From a virus (taxonomy: Duplodnaviria; Caudoviricetes), in IMG/VR virus record IMGVR_UViG_3300021255_002539, positions 160,001 through 224,000 of that record: a stretch of DNA of 64,000 bases; one strand, given 5' to 3'. Positions 1 to 10,821 of this stretch are shown here, one piece after another. The position numbers and the translations under genes were made by a program. The notes under the pieces were generated by a model. It did not search any database and had not been told where the DNA came from. It saw only the letters and a list, made by a program, of their open reading frames with translations. Position 1 is the stretch's first letter. The number at the start of each line of letters is the position of its first letter.

Positions 1-204
1 GATTCGAAAACAGGCAAGACCTCTCTGACCGACTTGGCTTTGGAGATGTCCCTTGACCCTTCCATGCTTGATTGGGTCGGGCATCTTCTCCACAACAAGC
101 GCAGTCGGCAGGCGAGAATCGAGCTGAAAAGGGCGTTTCAAGCAAGGGCAGTCGAGAGAGCTGTCCGCCTGGTTGACAACAGGTCCAGTTCTATTCTTGT
201 CTGA
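1..204 (+). CDS. 3' end of a hypothetical protein (partial, runs off window start)
   Basis: Frame 1 is open from base 1 (DSKTGKTSLTDLALEM...SSILV) to TGA at 202-204. Confidence 0.55.
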   Translation, partial: DSKTGKTSLTDLALEMSLDPSMLDWVGHLLHNKRSRQARIELKRAFQARAVERAVRLVDNRSSSILV

Positions 205-626
205 ATAGGCAAGAATACCTCAATCTCGCAATATCCACTATGGCCAAACCTGCCATCTTAAATGTAGGTATATGGTCGCACTTTGCACACTTGGTCCCAC
301 TCTATACATAATATGCCTTGGAGATTAATGGACAACTTCAATCAACTTCCCTTTACACAACCCCTTGAACTTCACGAAGCATGAAAAGCAATGTAGATGA
401 TTTTCAAATCAAGGAGACATGAACTACACCCACAATCAAATTAAACGATGATGTTGGAAAAGAAATGTTGAATTCCCATCGAAGATGGGAAGATATTGTA
501 GAGAAAGCGACACGATGATGGGAAATTGTGGGTGTATTGTAGATAGAGCAGTACATGTTGGAGATGTACATGTGGAACAGACAATGTAGAAAGACAACAT
601 GGAAAGTATTGTAGGATAATACACAA

Positions 627-746
627 TACGATGCTTCGCATCGTAAGTCACGAAGCTTGAAGTCACATAACCGCTAAACGCGGTTGGTGTTCCGCTTAAC
701 GCATCGCTTGCCTCGCTGCTTACGCAGCGCGCGATGCTACGGAACA
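627..746. other. Cluster of GC-rich hairpins in a ~740-bp gene-free gap (candidate origin or structured RNA)
   Basis: Stems 627-634/638-645 and 669-674/680-685, plus nested 688-694/740-746, 701-707/731-737, 714-719/724-729. Confidence 0.5.
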
Positions 747-947
747 ACCGAAACAGAACATGTTTACGCCACGAAGATGGGAACTCGGAAAGATTTGGGA
801 ATTTGACGGATGTTCACCGTAATATTCGACGAATGTGCTTTTGGCGAATGTTCAGCCATCATGTGTCAATTCAACAACCAAGGGGAGAGCTTCTTTTTAT
901 TATAGTCTTGATATAATGTACATTGAAAAAGGCAGGGGAGGGGGTTA

Positions 948-2627
948 TTATATTTCGTTTCCGTCGTCATCCGTGACAGTGACAGAGTTTTCGTTCGGCT
1001 TGTTATCCTTGTTGTCGTTGCTGTCGATGTTCACAGCCCCAACCTTGACAACTTCATCTTCTGGAGTCTTCTCTGGTTTTTCCACCTCTTGCTCCTCCTT
1101 GCCCTTCACGACCTCCACCTTCTTTGGCTTGTTGGGGTCTTCCTTCTTTGGAATCTGTTTGGATTGCTCGATGTCCTTTTTCGTCTTCTGCTTCGCCTTG
1201 ATCTCGTGTCCAACATTCTTCGCCTTTTCCTTCTGTGCCTGCTCCTGCTTGGCCTTCTCTTCCTTCTCCCTCTGTTCGTCGTCAATCCTCTTCTGCTCAA
1301 GTCTGTCGATTTCCTGCTTGATTTCCACATTGAACTTGGGGAAGAAGGACGATGGGGACTTCTTGGCGTCCAGGCAGTTGTCCACCAGGAAGCACTTGAT
1401 GGTGTGATCCTCCCCTGGGGTGAAGTCCTGTCCATAGAAGTATGTCGCCTTGCCACGTATCTTGGTTCTCCTGGTCCGATACGAATATGGCGCAACCCTT
1501 CTGGATATCGTCTCGCCATCCACTGTCTCGTACTTCAGCCACACCATCTTGCGGTTCTCTGCGCACCAGGCGATTGTATCCCACATGTCGTCGAGTGATG
1601 ATTCCCTGAGCAATCTCCTGCGACTTTTCCTCCTTCTGGTCGGTCTCTCGTCAGCTTGTCCAGTGACGAACCTCTTTCCGATTGGCATTGGGGCGTTGAC
1701 GCCTGGAACCTCCACATCGTCAACTATCCACTTGCCACCCTTTGAGGCGACACTCACGCCACAGAACTTCATGGTGTAGGTGTTGTTGACGATGAGCCAC
1801 TTGGTGTAGATTGGAAAGGATGTCAACACGTCATCATCACCATTTCTGATGATGCGCTCTATGTGTTGCTCCCCAGAGGACATGTTCTCGAAGTCGCCTA
1901 TGAACACGGCGCCAGTGGAGATGTCAGTGCCAAACCAACACAGGTCTATGAGGTCTTTGTTGGTGATTCGCACGTCCATGTAGTCACCCCTTTGCATCCA
2001 ATGTTCCTTGGCGTATTGCCTCAACTTCTGACCACATTGGAACATTATTTCGTGGAACATCTTCCTGGCCTTGCAGACATAGGTGGCGTTGGTCTTCTTG
2101 TGTGAGATTCCATAGAGGGTGCCATCGGTCAACCTCACTGTCGTGTCAGAACGGTTCTGCTCCCCATTCGTCCCATGGCTTGCAGATGCGTCTATGACCT
2201 CAACTATGTCCAGTTTCACCCTGACTCCATAGTTGTCAGAGATGTCGAGGTGGCAAACGCCATTCCTCTCGATTTCATCCAAGATGAACTTCTGAAAGTC
2301 CTCTTCGTTCTTCCTCCCCGCCCTGTGGCTGCCACCCTTCTTGATTCTGACCACTATTGGCTCTCCCTCGTCCTCTTCCTCATCGTCCAAATATGTCGGA
2401 ATCTCCAGGGTGTAGCCATCCTTCTTCGTTTTCCTCGGTGCGAGAAAGTCAATTCCCAGTTTCGGGCCGATGACCCTCACCAATTCCCTTCGCATTGCCT
2501 TGGGGTCAGGGGTATTGACTTGCAGAACCCTGTAGTCTTTCCTCACCTGGACGATTTGCACATCCAGACCTTCAACTTCTTGAAGAAGGTCGAAGTACTC
2601 GTCTATTGTGTTCGCTTCAGTTTTCAT
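948..2627 (-). CDS. Restriction-endonuclease-like domain plus C-terminal WYL-like domain and Lys/Glu-rich tail (559 aa)
   Basis: ATG 2627 with GAGGAGG RBS; RSD..(x)n..YGISHKK nuclease-like motif; after LLRE|S a WYL-like pattern VWLKY..GETISRRVAPYSY..YFYGQD..IKCFLVDNC. Confidence 0.6.
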   Translation of the reverse strand: MKTEANTIDEYFDLLQEVEGLDVQIVQVRKDYRVLQVNTPDPKAMRRELVRVIGPKLGIDFLAPRKTKKDGYTLEIPTYLDDEEEDEGEPIVVRIKKGGSHRAGRKNEEDFQKFILDEIERNGVCHLDISDNYGVRVKLDIVEVIDASASHGTNGEQNRSDTTVRLTDGTLYGISHKKTNATYVCKARKMFHEIMFQCGQKLRQYAKEHWMQRGDYMDVRITNKDLIDLCWFGTDISTGAVFIGDFENMSSGEQHIERIIRNGDDDVLTSFPIYTKWLIVNNTYTMKFCGVSVASKGGKWIVDDVEVPGVNAPMPIGKRFVTGQADERPTRRRKSRRRLLRESSLDDMWDTIAWCAENRKMVWLKYETVDGETISRRVAPYSYRTRRTKIRGKATYFYGQDFTPGEDHTIKCFLVDNCLDAKKSPSSFFPKFNVEIKQEIDRLEQKRIDDEQREKEEKAKQEQAQKEKAKNVGHEIKAKQKTKKDIEQSKQIPKKEDPNKPKKVEVVKGKEEQEVEKPEKTPEDEVVKVGAVNIDSNDNKDNKPNENSVTVTDDDGNEI

Positions 2628-2637
2628 GTTCGCCTCC

Positions 2638-5600
2638 TCAATCAAACTTCGCCCAGGATGGTATGCTCCAGGACGGGTGGAACTCGTGGAACACCTCAAG
2701 GCATCTTCCAATCTCGTGTCTCGTGTCGGGGTTCTGCCACATGTCAGAATCCACAAGCGCGTCCCAGGCGTCCCTTGGAGTCAGTATGTCGTCGCTCGTG
2801 AGGGTCTTGTCGTTGTAGAGGAACTGCACTATCTCGTCGGGGTCGTTCGTGACAAGTTGCTTGTCCACCACGCTCCACTTCGCATATGTGCCGTTCTTCT
2901 TCTGTTTCCTGGCGCGCCGTATTCTGTACAACCCCACTCGGTAGTCGTAGTCGTACCTCGTCATCTCAACTGGTTGGTTCTTGCCCTCGCCTGGTATGTC
3001 GGCGGTGGCAGTGACCTCAACATGCCCGCCTCTCGCAATAGCTGTGAACAGTCCGTTTCTGAACCCACTCTTCGGATTCACATCTTCGTCAGCCTCGCCG
3101 TTCTATACCTCCTTCAGGTCAGGCGAGAACATGCCCCACTTGGTGAACTTCATGCTGGGGGTGAGGCACAGATCAACCTGGACATACTCCCCTTCCTGCT
3201 CCCCGTCCACATTCTCGATTGGAAACGCATACGATGTAGCAGTCCATCCGTCGTTCTTGTTTATGGAGTGGTCTACGCCCAGCCTGTCTGCCACATCGTA
3301 GCACAGGTCTATGAACTCCTCTGGGGTGTTCAGTCCATTGGCGTCAGCCAGAGCCTTCTGGTCTATGGCTATGTCCAGGTCGCCCGATGTTGGCTTCTTG
3401 CCAGCAGACCCAACCAGTTCTATGGAGCCGTCTGGGAGGCTGAACGCCTGTTTCAGCGCCTCAACAGCCTTCCTAGCGGTCTCTGGTATGTTCGCCTTGT
3501 TAATCCTAGTTGTCTGCACCTTCTTGAAGTGCTTGTCTCCACTTTCGTTCGTCATCTTCGCCTTCCTATTCTACTGTCCTGCGTTGAACTTGTCTGCCCT
3601 CGCTTGGTCTGTCATGGATGGGTAGTCCCCACTCTCTGGGTTCATCAACTTGTACACTTCGTCGAATTGCTGGTCGGACAGTTCAGATGGAAGCACCTTT
3701 TTCAACGCCTCCTTGTCGTCAATGTGGTCTCTCACATAGGTCGCTGATATGTTGGAATCCCCATCTGTGGTCGCGTTGATTGCGTTCTCCTCTATTGGCA
3801 ATATCTCCACATTCTGAAGTGTGTCCTTGAATCTGTCGGTCGTAAATGCACTGAACCTGGACATGTCGTCCTTCTTGGACAACCCAAACATGACCTTGCA
3901 GTTGGAGAAGTGGCGCACAGTTGCAGAAATCCAATTCATCGGGTTCAGTGTCATCGCAATCTGAACATTGTCCAAATGGGCAGCCTCACAATATATCTCC
4001 AGAATCTCGCCAGCCACGAAGTTGGGCATGGAGCGCCCGAACTTGTCGTATCTTTGGGACGCGACATTCGTTTGCCCAGACACAGCGACAATCACTTCGT
4101 CGCATATCTCGGCATAGTGCCTTATCATGTCGAGGTGTCCCTTGTGTGGCGGTCTGAACGAGCCAGGAATCAGCGCTATCGTCTTGCCATTCTGGTCCAC
4201 GACCTTGCCATCCACCATCTCCACGAGGGACATCACATCGTTCGTGAGCAGGTTGGGGTCGAACCTCTTCGGAAGACCTTCCGCCCTCGCCTTTGAAATC
4301 TTGTCTATGAACCTGGGGAGGTCTGTCCTTCCCTTCGCGTGCGCAGCCAGTTCTTGTGCTCTGTCTATGTACTTGGGCAACAACTCCTCGTACTTCGTCT
4401 GGTACTCCTGTGGGTTCTACCGTATTGCGTTCACCATGGCGACCAGGCTCCCCTTCTCGCTCTTGCCAGTTATCGCCGACAGAAACCTCTTGGTGAAGTC
4501 CGACATCTCGTCTATCTCAGAGAAGTAGCCATTTCTGATGTCCTTCCAAGATTGGTAATGTATGCCATACAGGTTGCCCTTCAACTCAAACGCAACTCCC
4601 TCCAAAGAACCATCGTCTGCCTTCATTATGTCGGGGTTCTTGAACTTGCGCTTCATTATGTCAGTGAGGGCGGCGTTTATCTTGTCCCTGAGCTCCTCTG
4701 CCTCCTGCTTCTTCATCTTGTCTATGGTTGCTGTATTGAAAGCCTCAACCACATCATCTCCAAAGTCCTGTGCCTTGAGTTCCACCTCCTGCGCGAACTT
4801 GTTGATGTCGAAGTAGGATGCGTTGGCGTCTGACAGCTATGAGCAGGCGAAGTCCACGACCTTCTTCTTCGTTTCTGGCTCCAGGTCAAACGCCTTTTCC
4901 TTCGTCATCCCCTTCACATCAATTATGACCAGTGAGCCACGTCTGCCCAGTTTCTTTGCGTCGTAGGTGGTTCCGACATAGGTTATGGTGCCATCGTCGT
5001 CTGCGAACTCGTCGCCGTTGGAGAGCAGTTCACCAACCAACTTCACGCCATCCAGACCCAACCCCTTCACGAACTTCGCCATCTTCTCGTTTTGGTTTTC
5101 CTCCACATAGGTGAAGAAGTTCAACTCGTGGTCGTGCACCTGTGGCGTGGCTTCAGCACCTTGTCTGTCGAGCAATCCAGAATACGAAATCTCCATCAGA
5201 ACCTTGCCATCCAGCCAAGCCACCCTGAACGGGTAGCCGTCAATCTTTGGCGTGACCTTCACAATCAGCGTGGAGTCGTTGACGCTCGATATGAAGTCGT
5301 GCAAGAATTGCCTCAATTGCTTCCCTGTGAGTTGGTGTATCTTCGTCATTGCCTGGCGTGGCGTGTCTATCTCTGACATGTCCTTGGTGCTGCCGATGGA
5401 CTCGTCGACCTCCTGTGTTGTGTAGTCAGATGCCTTTAGCCCAAGGAAGTCCTCTAGTTCAGGTGGAATGTAGTCTATGTTGCCTTTCTTCAGAGGCCGT
5501 TCCAGTCCAGTTCTGAGAGACTTCTTGAACTGCTCCATCCTCACCGGGTTCTTCAATATGCCTTGCTTCTTCACTGCGTTCCAAGCATCTTGCCAAGTGA

Positions 5601-7437
5601 GCATGTTGGCAGAATCAACTCCAAACAGAATCTCGCATATCTCGTCTGGGTCGTCGGTCACCAATTCCCTGCCAACTTCCTTTTCGCCCGAGACATGGAT
5701 TCCCTCTTCTCCCTTCTTGCCCTTCATCAAAGGACGCTCAAATGTCTTCTTGAACAAACCACCTTCTTCATGTGTATAGGAATATCTTTCCCATTTGGTT
5801 GGTTGTTCCTCGTCTCCCATTCCATTGACAAGTCCAGTGTCAAGAACCCTGAATCCAGACACCCTTGCTGCTGCAGTGATTATCTGATTTCTCACCAGAC
5901 CCTTGACATACTGCTCACCCTCCACTTCTTGTGGACCGAATTGCCCCCACGCCTGGAACTTGAGGTTGTCCACTGGGATGAGGTCCAGCTGCACCACTTG
6001 ACCTTCCTGCTCTCCATCGTCGTTGCTGATTGGGTAGCCAACGGATGTTCCCTGCCACTCCCATCTCGGAAAGTTCTTCACCTCAAGCCCGTACTTCCTG
6101 CCGAACTCGTCGGCGAGGTCGAACCACTCTGAGACATCTGTTATGCCATGCTTCTGCTCCAGCGCCTGTTTGGATATCGCTATGTCGATGTCTCCGCTTG
6201 AGCCAGAATCCAGCTTCTTCCCCGTTGAGCCAAGAAAGGACACCTCGTCCTCAGACAGACCAAAGAAGTCCAGAACCTTCTGCTTCGCCGAGTCCATGGT
6301 GGACTTCGCGTTGCGCTGGTTCAGCCTTACTGCTCCTGGTATCCTCTTGCCACCCTCCTTCACCAGGGTGCTTTCGGTAACGGGCCTCCCATGACCATCT
6401 GGTCCGTCTGGGTCTGGCTTCTCTATCCCCAGCTCGTCCAACATCTCCTGTGGCATCTCCAATCCGTCGTTGATTCTATCGAGCAGCTTCTTCTTCATCG
6501 AGTCCACGAAGATCTGCCACTGCTCTGGGTTCTTTGCCCATTCGGCATCGTGTGCTGCCCTCCAGCATCCATCCCAGGTGAGCAAGTCCTTTCCCTTCAC
6601 CTTTGGTCCGAACATCAGCTTCGCAATCTTGTCAGGGTCGTCAGAAACCAGAGTGCGCTTTGTCCTGGACTTGTCCAGACCCTGGTTGTACACAGGACCC
6701 TCCACGCCGTCTGGGAGGTTCTTTGGCTGGTTCTTCATCAGAGACCGCTCCTTGTGCCACTTGTTCAGACCCTCAGGGGTGAAGAACACATACTCCTCCC
6801 AGACCACGGGCTCCTCCACGAATCCTCCATCCTTCTTCACAGTGCCAGTCTTCAGCACCTCCATCTTCTGCATGGCGTGGGAGGCAGCCTCAAGAACCAG
6901 GTTCCTTATCACGCCCTTGATGTACTTCTGTCCAGCAATCTCCTTTGGCGCGTACCTGGACCAGGCCTAGAACTTCATGTTGGTCGTTGGCATGAGGTCT
7001 ACCTGAACGAACTGACCCTTCTGCTTTCCATCGAAGTTCACAATAGGAACCCTTATGGAGAACTGCTCAACCTGGAAATTGTGCTTCAGACCCAACTTGT
7101 CCAGTATGGGTGATGCGTACTGGTTGAACTCGTACGGCTTCCTCGCAAATTCGTACTTGTTCGCGTCAATGCCAATGTCGAGGTCGCCAGATGTGGAGCC
7201 TGGCAGCTTCTTCGTGACAGAGCCAACTGGTTGCGTGTCCTTTCTGTCGATTCCCAGAGCAGGAAGTATCTCGTCGTAGATGTACTTCAGCGTTGCGGCC
7301 ACATTCTCCTGGTTTATCCTGACTGTGTCGTCGAACATCTTTCCACTTTCAAGCAACAACTCCTTGGTTTCGCCAACCAGGATTGTCCTCAAGTCGTCAG
7401 CACTCATTTCACCAACTACATCTTCTATGTTGTTCAT
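2638..7437 (-). CDS. 1599-aa polyprotein: NTase1-NTase2-ligase-like adenylation domain-HxGH nucleotidyltransferase-NTase3 (5 TAG read as Gln)
   Basis: Six track ORFs in one frame joined by TAG at 6967, 4837, 4417, 3571, 3103; ends TGA 2638; three GS-x(7-10)-GD[LI]DI motifs each followed by VQ[VL]DL; TPKIDG and EGVAF ligase motifs; PGSFRPPHKGH and ISAT motifs. Confidence 0.85.
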
Positions 7438-7477
7438 GGTCTATTGTGTCTCTCTTTTGGGAAGTTCATGTCTTGTC

Positions 7478-7509
7478 TATTTACCATTTCAACAAAACAA
7501 AGGTAAATA
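7478..7509. promoter_or_regulatory. Back-to-back late promoters TATTTACC-N16-GGTAAATA
   Basis: GTAAATA resembles the T4 late promoter TATAAATA; lies between two divergent genes. Confidence 0.75.
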
Positions 7510-7517
7510 GTGTCATC

Positions 7518-9437
7518 ATGGATACGACAAGCAAGAACACTGTTGTGCTGGAGGGTGGACACATGCCCTTCAAGAACGACAAGGGGGAGATGTTGGAGGT
7601 TTCACCCATTGACCAGGATAATGCCGCAGCCACCCTCGACGACATCCAGGACAGGTTCATATCTGGGTTTCTGCATCTGGACCCAAGCGAGGACACCGCC
7701 ACCCTGGGTTCCACTGGCAAGAGGTTGAGTGGGGAGTAGAGTTCTGACATTGACATAGCCATAGACTATTTCAAGCTGCAAAAGGAATGGGATTTGCCAG
7801 ATTGGACAGGGAAGCGCATTGAGGAATGGGTGGATTTGGCAAGGTCTGGCGCAGAGGAATGTGGAGTGGAGTTTTCCATGGTTTCCACGGTGTGTTCATT
7901 GCGCTGGCCGATAGTGAACGACGATGGAAAGCAAGAGGACCAGTATGTTCAGGTTGACTTGATGCCGACAACCAACATGAAGATGACAAGGTTCGGAAGG
8001 TTCTCCCAGTAGCAGAGGGATGGAGAGACCTTCTTCAAGGGGTCGGTCAGGAACATCATGTTGGCAATCATGGCAAGATGCGCATACCACAAGGATTTGA
8101 CTGACGAGACCCATGTGAAGGTTCTGTCGGACGGCACCGAGAAGGAAGTCCACAACGAGTACGAGGGGTGGACATACGACCAGAACACGGGTCTGCACCT
8201 TTGCCACAAGAAGTATTAGCAATACACCAGAAATGGAAATGGATTCAAGAAGGGCGATTGGAAATCCCATGCAACTGTGGTCGATTCCCCAGTGATATCT
8301 TCTGACCCCGACGAGATTTGCGAGATGATATTTGGCAAGGGCGTTACCCCCGACGATGTTGACACAGTTCAGAAGATGTGGAGGGCGTGGAAGAGTTCAC
8401 CTGCTGTCAAGGAGAATCCAGACTTGGTCGAAGAGGTGAAGATTCAGGTTCAGCGGTCAGCACAAGGCAATCCAGACATGACATTCCCAGACTTCGATGG
8501 TGAGGAATTCGTAAATGAAGCCAGGGTGAAGAAGGATCCAACCGAGCAAGTCGACGAATACATCAAGTCCCTGTCAGAAGACCAGATTCAGACCCTCACA
8601 TTGAGGTGTTCTGAACTCCTGGACAAGTGGGACGAACCACAGGGTTCAGACACAGTCCTCAGAGTGAGGCAAGTGGTTGGCAACGACGAGAGGTTCCTGA
8701 AGTTCCTGCGAAAGACAGTTCCATTGACCGAGCCAAAGGTCAGGGACATGGGGGCAAACACCTTCGTTTCGCATTTCTTCGACCCACCATTTGACAACGA
8801 GGCGTTCATAGGCAAGATGGCGAAGGAGAAGGGTATACCATTTACGCAAGCTGAGGAAGAATGGAATAGATCCAATTTGGACAAGACCCACGTTGGGAGG
8901 TATGCCCATATGCTTGCTGACGATGCCGTGAATGGTAGGCCACCATCAAAGGAGGGGACGAACCCCAAGGAGGTTGCGATATACGAGGCTGTGTACGAGT
9001 ACGCCAAGAATCTGGTGCAGGGTGCGTCTGATGTCGAAAGCGAGGTTTCCCTACATGCTTCAAGCGTTACGGTTGGTGGCAAGTTCGACCTGATGATGAA
9101 GAAGGGCAGCCAATGGGTTTTGGTGGATTGGAAGACCAATGGTGAGGAGCTTGAGGACATACCCAATGGCAAGGTTGGTCTGGACGAATTGACCAAGAAC
9201 ATCAACAACAACGCCTACAACAAGTACGCACTTCAGTTGAATGTATACGAGTGGGCAGCAAAGGACAGTGGCAAGATACCGAAGAATGCTGTCGTGAGCA
9301 AGGAACTCCACCACTTCCAGTACCTTGAGGATGGAAAGCCAATTCAGATTAGGGTTGTCAAGGTTCCAGACCTTCAGCCACTGGTTCAAGCAATGGTGGA
9401 CAGGGCGGTAGAACTTGGCGTAGTCAAGCGCAAATAA
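7518..9437 (+). CDS. PolX-like nucleotidyltransferase fused to a PD-(D/E)xK exonuclease-like domain (639 aa, 3 TAG=Gln)
   Basis: One frame across TAG 7737, 8010, 8217; LGSTGKR..SSDIDIAID and YVQVDL; C-terminal GGKFDL..VLVDWKT..YALQLNVY (Cas4/lambda-exo/AddB-like). Confidence 0.82.
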
Positions 9438-9480
9438 TTGTAAATAGAACAAGAAGAACCTACATAGAGGGAACAAGCAA

Positions 9481-10734
9481 ATGAAATTCAAGAAGATTGT
9501 AAGGGAAACATCCAATTTGGACGACATGGACTATGAAATTGCGCAGAAGATGCGGGATTTCGCAAAGAAGAACATTCCAGAAGTAAGAAATGTTGTTTCC
9601 GGAAGCGCAACTGGGCAGGTATATGTGATGCTCAAGCCCGATGTTTACATAATGGCTGATGAAGCGAAAGAAATCGCACGGGAATTGATACGCGCATCTG
9701 GCGCACGTGGTTATAGATATGTTGGTGTGAACAAGGCAGACCCATATATCGTCATTGCCAGAAGGGGAATTGCAAGCGAGGCGATGAAGAAGAGGAGGAG
9801 CAAGACGCATTCCAAAGATGCCGAGAAATACTGGTTTGGCATCAAGGACGCGGAGTTCATATACCACGGAGACTGGAACGATCCAGAGGTGGAGTACAAG
9901 GGCGTGTCGTTCAACTACTATGACATCGAGAGTGGATTGCTTGGAATATACCGTGACGAGCATCCAGAGGACAGGAACGACAAGGGATTCGACGAGTGGA
10001 TGGCAGCCCACCCAGAGGAAATCAAAAGCGAATTGGATATGCTCTACGACGCCGAGATGGAGTACAGGGCAAACAACCCAAAAGGGCAGTACAACGAGGT
10101 GGAGTACAAGCCTTCGCCTGAATACGACGATAGCTGGACTTGGGGCGGAAAGCGTCACGAATGGGGCGACACCTACGGAACACTGTGCAGTAAATACGGT
10201 CCGATGGTCAGCCTTGAGCAAAAGCACTATATCCAGAAGCTTGTGAAGGAGATAGCGGACGAGTTTGGCGTGAAGACCTACGATGGATTCAACAACCTCG
10301 TCTGCGTGTCCACCAATGGAGTTTCTGACGAGGATGCTGAAGACTTCATCCAGGAGATTCTCGACAACTATCCAGAGCTGGACTATGTTGAGACTGGGAA
10401 GCACTGGTTCAAGTTCGCGCTAAAGGAGGATGACTTCATTGACCATCTCGTTGACGACGACGACAATACGTATAAAGACATTGACTACAGCGGGTTGAGA
10501 AAATACGACGAGTCCTGGGTTGGGGACAAGGCGAAGGCTGGATGGAAGAAGATCAAGTCTGGCGCAAAGAAGATGGCGAAGGCTGTTGGCGATGTGTTCA
10601 AGGGTCCGTTTAGAAAGGGCGATCATATCGTCATGAGGGGCGAAGATGGTGAGGAGTTCAAGGGAACAATCAAGTCCTTCGACCTCGGAAACAAGACATA
10701 CGAGGTTTTGCTTGGAAATCCAGTTGGCGAGTAA
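9481..10734 (+). CDS. Multi-module acidic late protein, putative internal head protein
   Basis: TGTAAATA at 9439-9446; N-terminus MKFKKIVRE|T; C-terminal SH3/KOW-like FRKGDHIV motif. Confidence 0.6.
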   Translation: MKFKKIVRETSNLDDMDYEIAQKMRDFAKKNIPEVRNVVSGSATGQVYVMLKPDVYIMADEAKEIARELIRASGARGYRYVGVNKADPYIVIARRGIASEAMKKRRSKTHSKDAEKYWFGIKDAEFIYHGDWNDPEVEYKGVSFNYYDIESGLLGIYRDEHPEDRNDKGFDEWMAAHPEEIKSELDMLYDAEMEYRANNPKGQYNEVEYKPSPEYDDSWTWGGKRHEWGDTYGTLCSKYGPMVSLEQKHYIQKLVKEIADEFGVKTYDGFNNLVCVSTNGVSDEDAEDFIQEILDNYPELDYVETGKHWFKFALKEDDFIDHLVDDDDNTYKDIDYSGLRKYDESWVGDKAKAGWKKIKSGAKKMAKAVGDVFKGPFRKGDHIVMRGEDGEEFKGTIKSFDLGNKTYEVLLGNPVGE

Positions 10735-10754
10735 TTGGAGTGGCAGAAGATGAA

Positions 10755-10790
10755 ACGAAGATGGGCTGGATTTCTCCAGCCCATTTCGTC
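10755..10790. terminator. Hairpin between convergent genes
   Basis: ATGGGCTGGA-tttc-TCCAGCCCAT 10-bp stem. Confidence 0.6.
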
Positions 10791-10821
10791 TATCATGTAG
10801 TTGACTCAACATGTAGTTGAC

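Noticed and set aside
205-947. Protein-coding or tRNA genes in the first intergenic gap
   Set aside because: Only short ORFs with atypical composition; the hairpins lack a cloverleaf and T-loop consensus
2608-3747. Long antisense ORFs (also 15001-15864, 18730-19791, 20989-22095, 28127-29152, 39631-40494, 61234-62337)
   Set aside because: Shadows of strongly codon-biased genes on the opposite strand; no RBS, promoter or recognisable motifs
2638-9437. Pseudogenes or sequencing errors explaining the fragmented ORFs
   Set aside because: Every break is TAG with the frame preserved, motifs continue across it, and aligned positions are Gln; decay would also give TAA/TGA and frameshifts
2638-9437. 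CBASS/cGAS-like cyclase operon
   Set aside because: No Cap effector or Cap2/3 genes adjacent, and the C-terminal motifs look more PolX-thumb-like; not fully excluded without structure comparison
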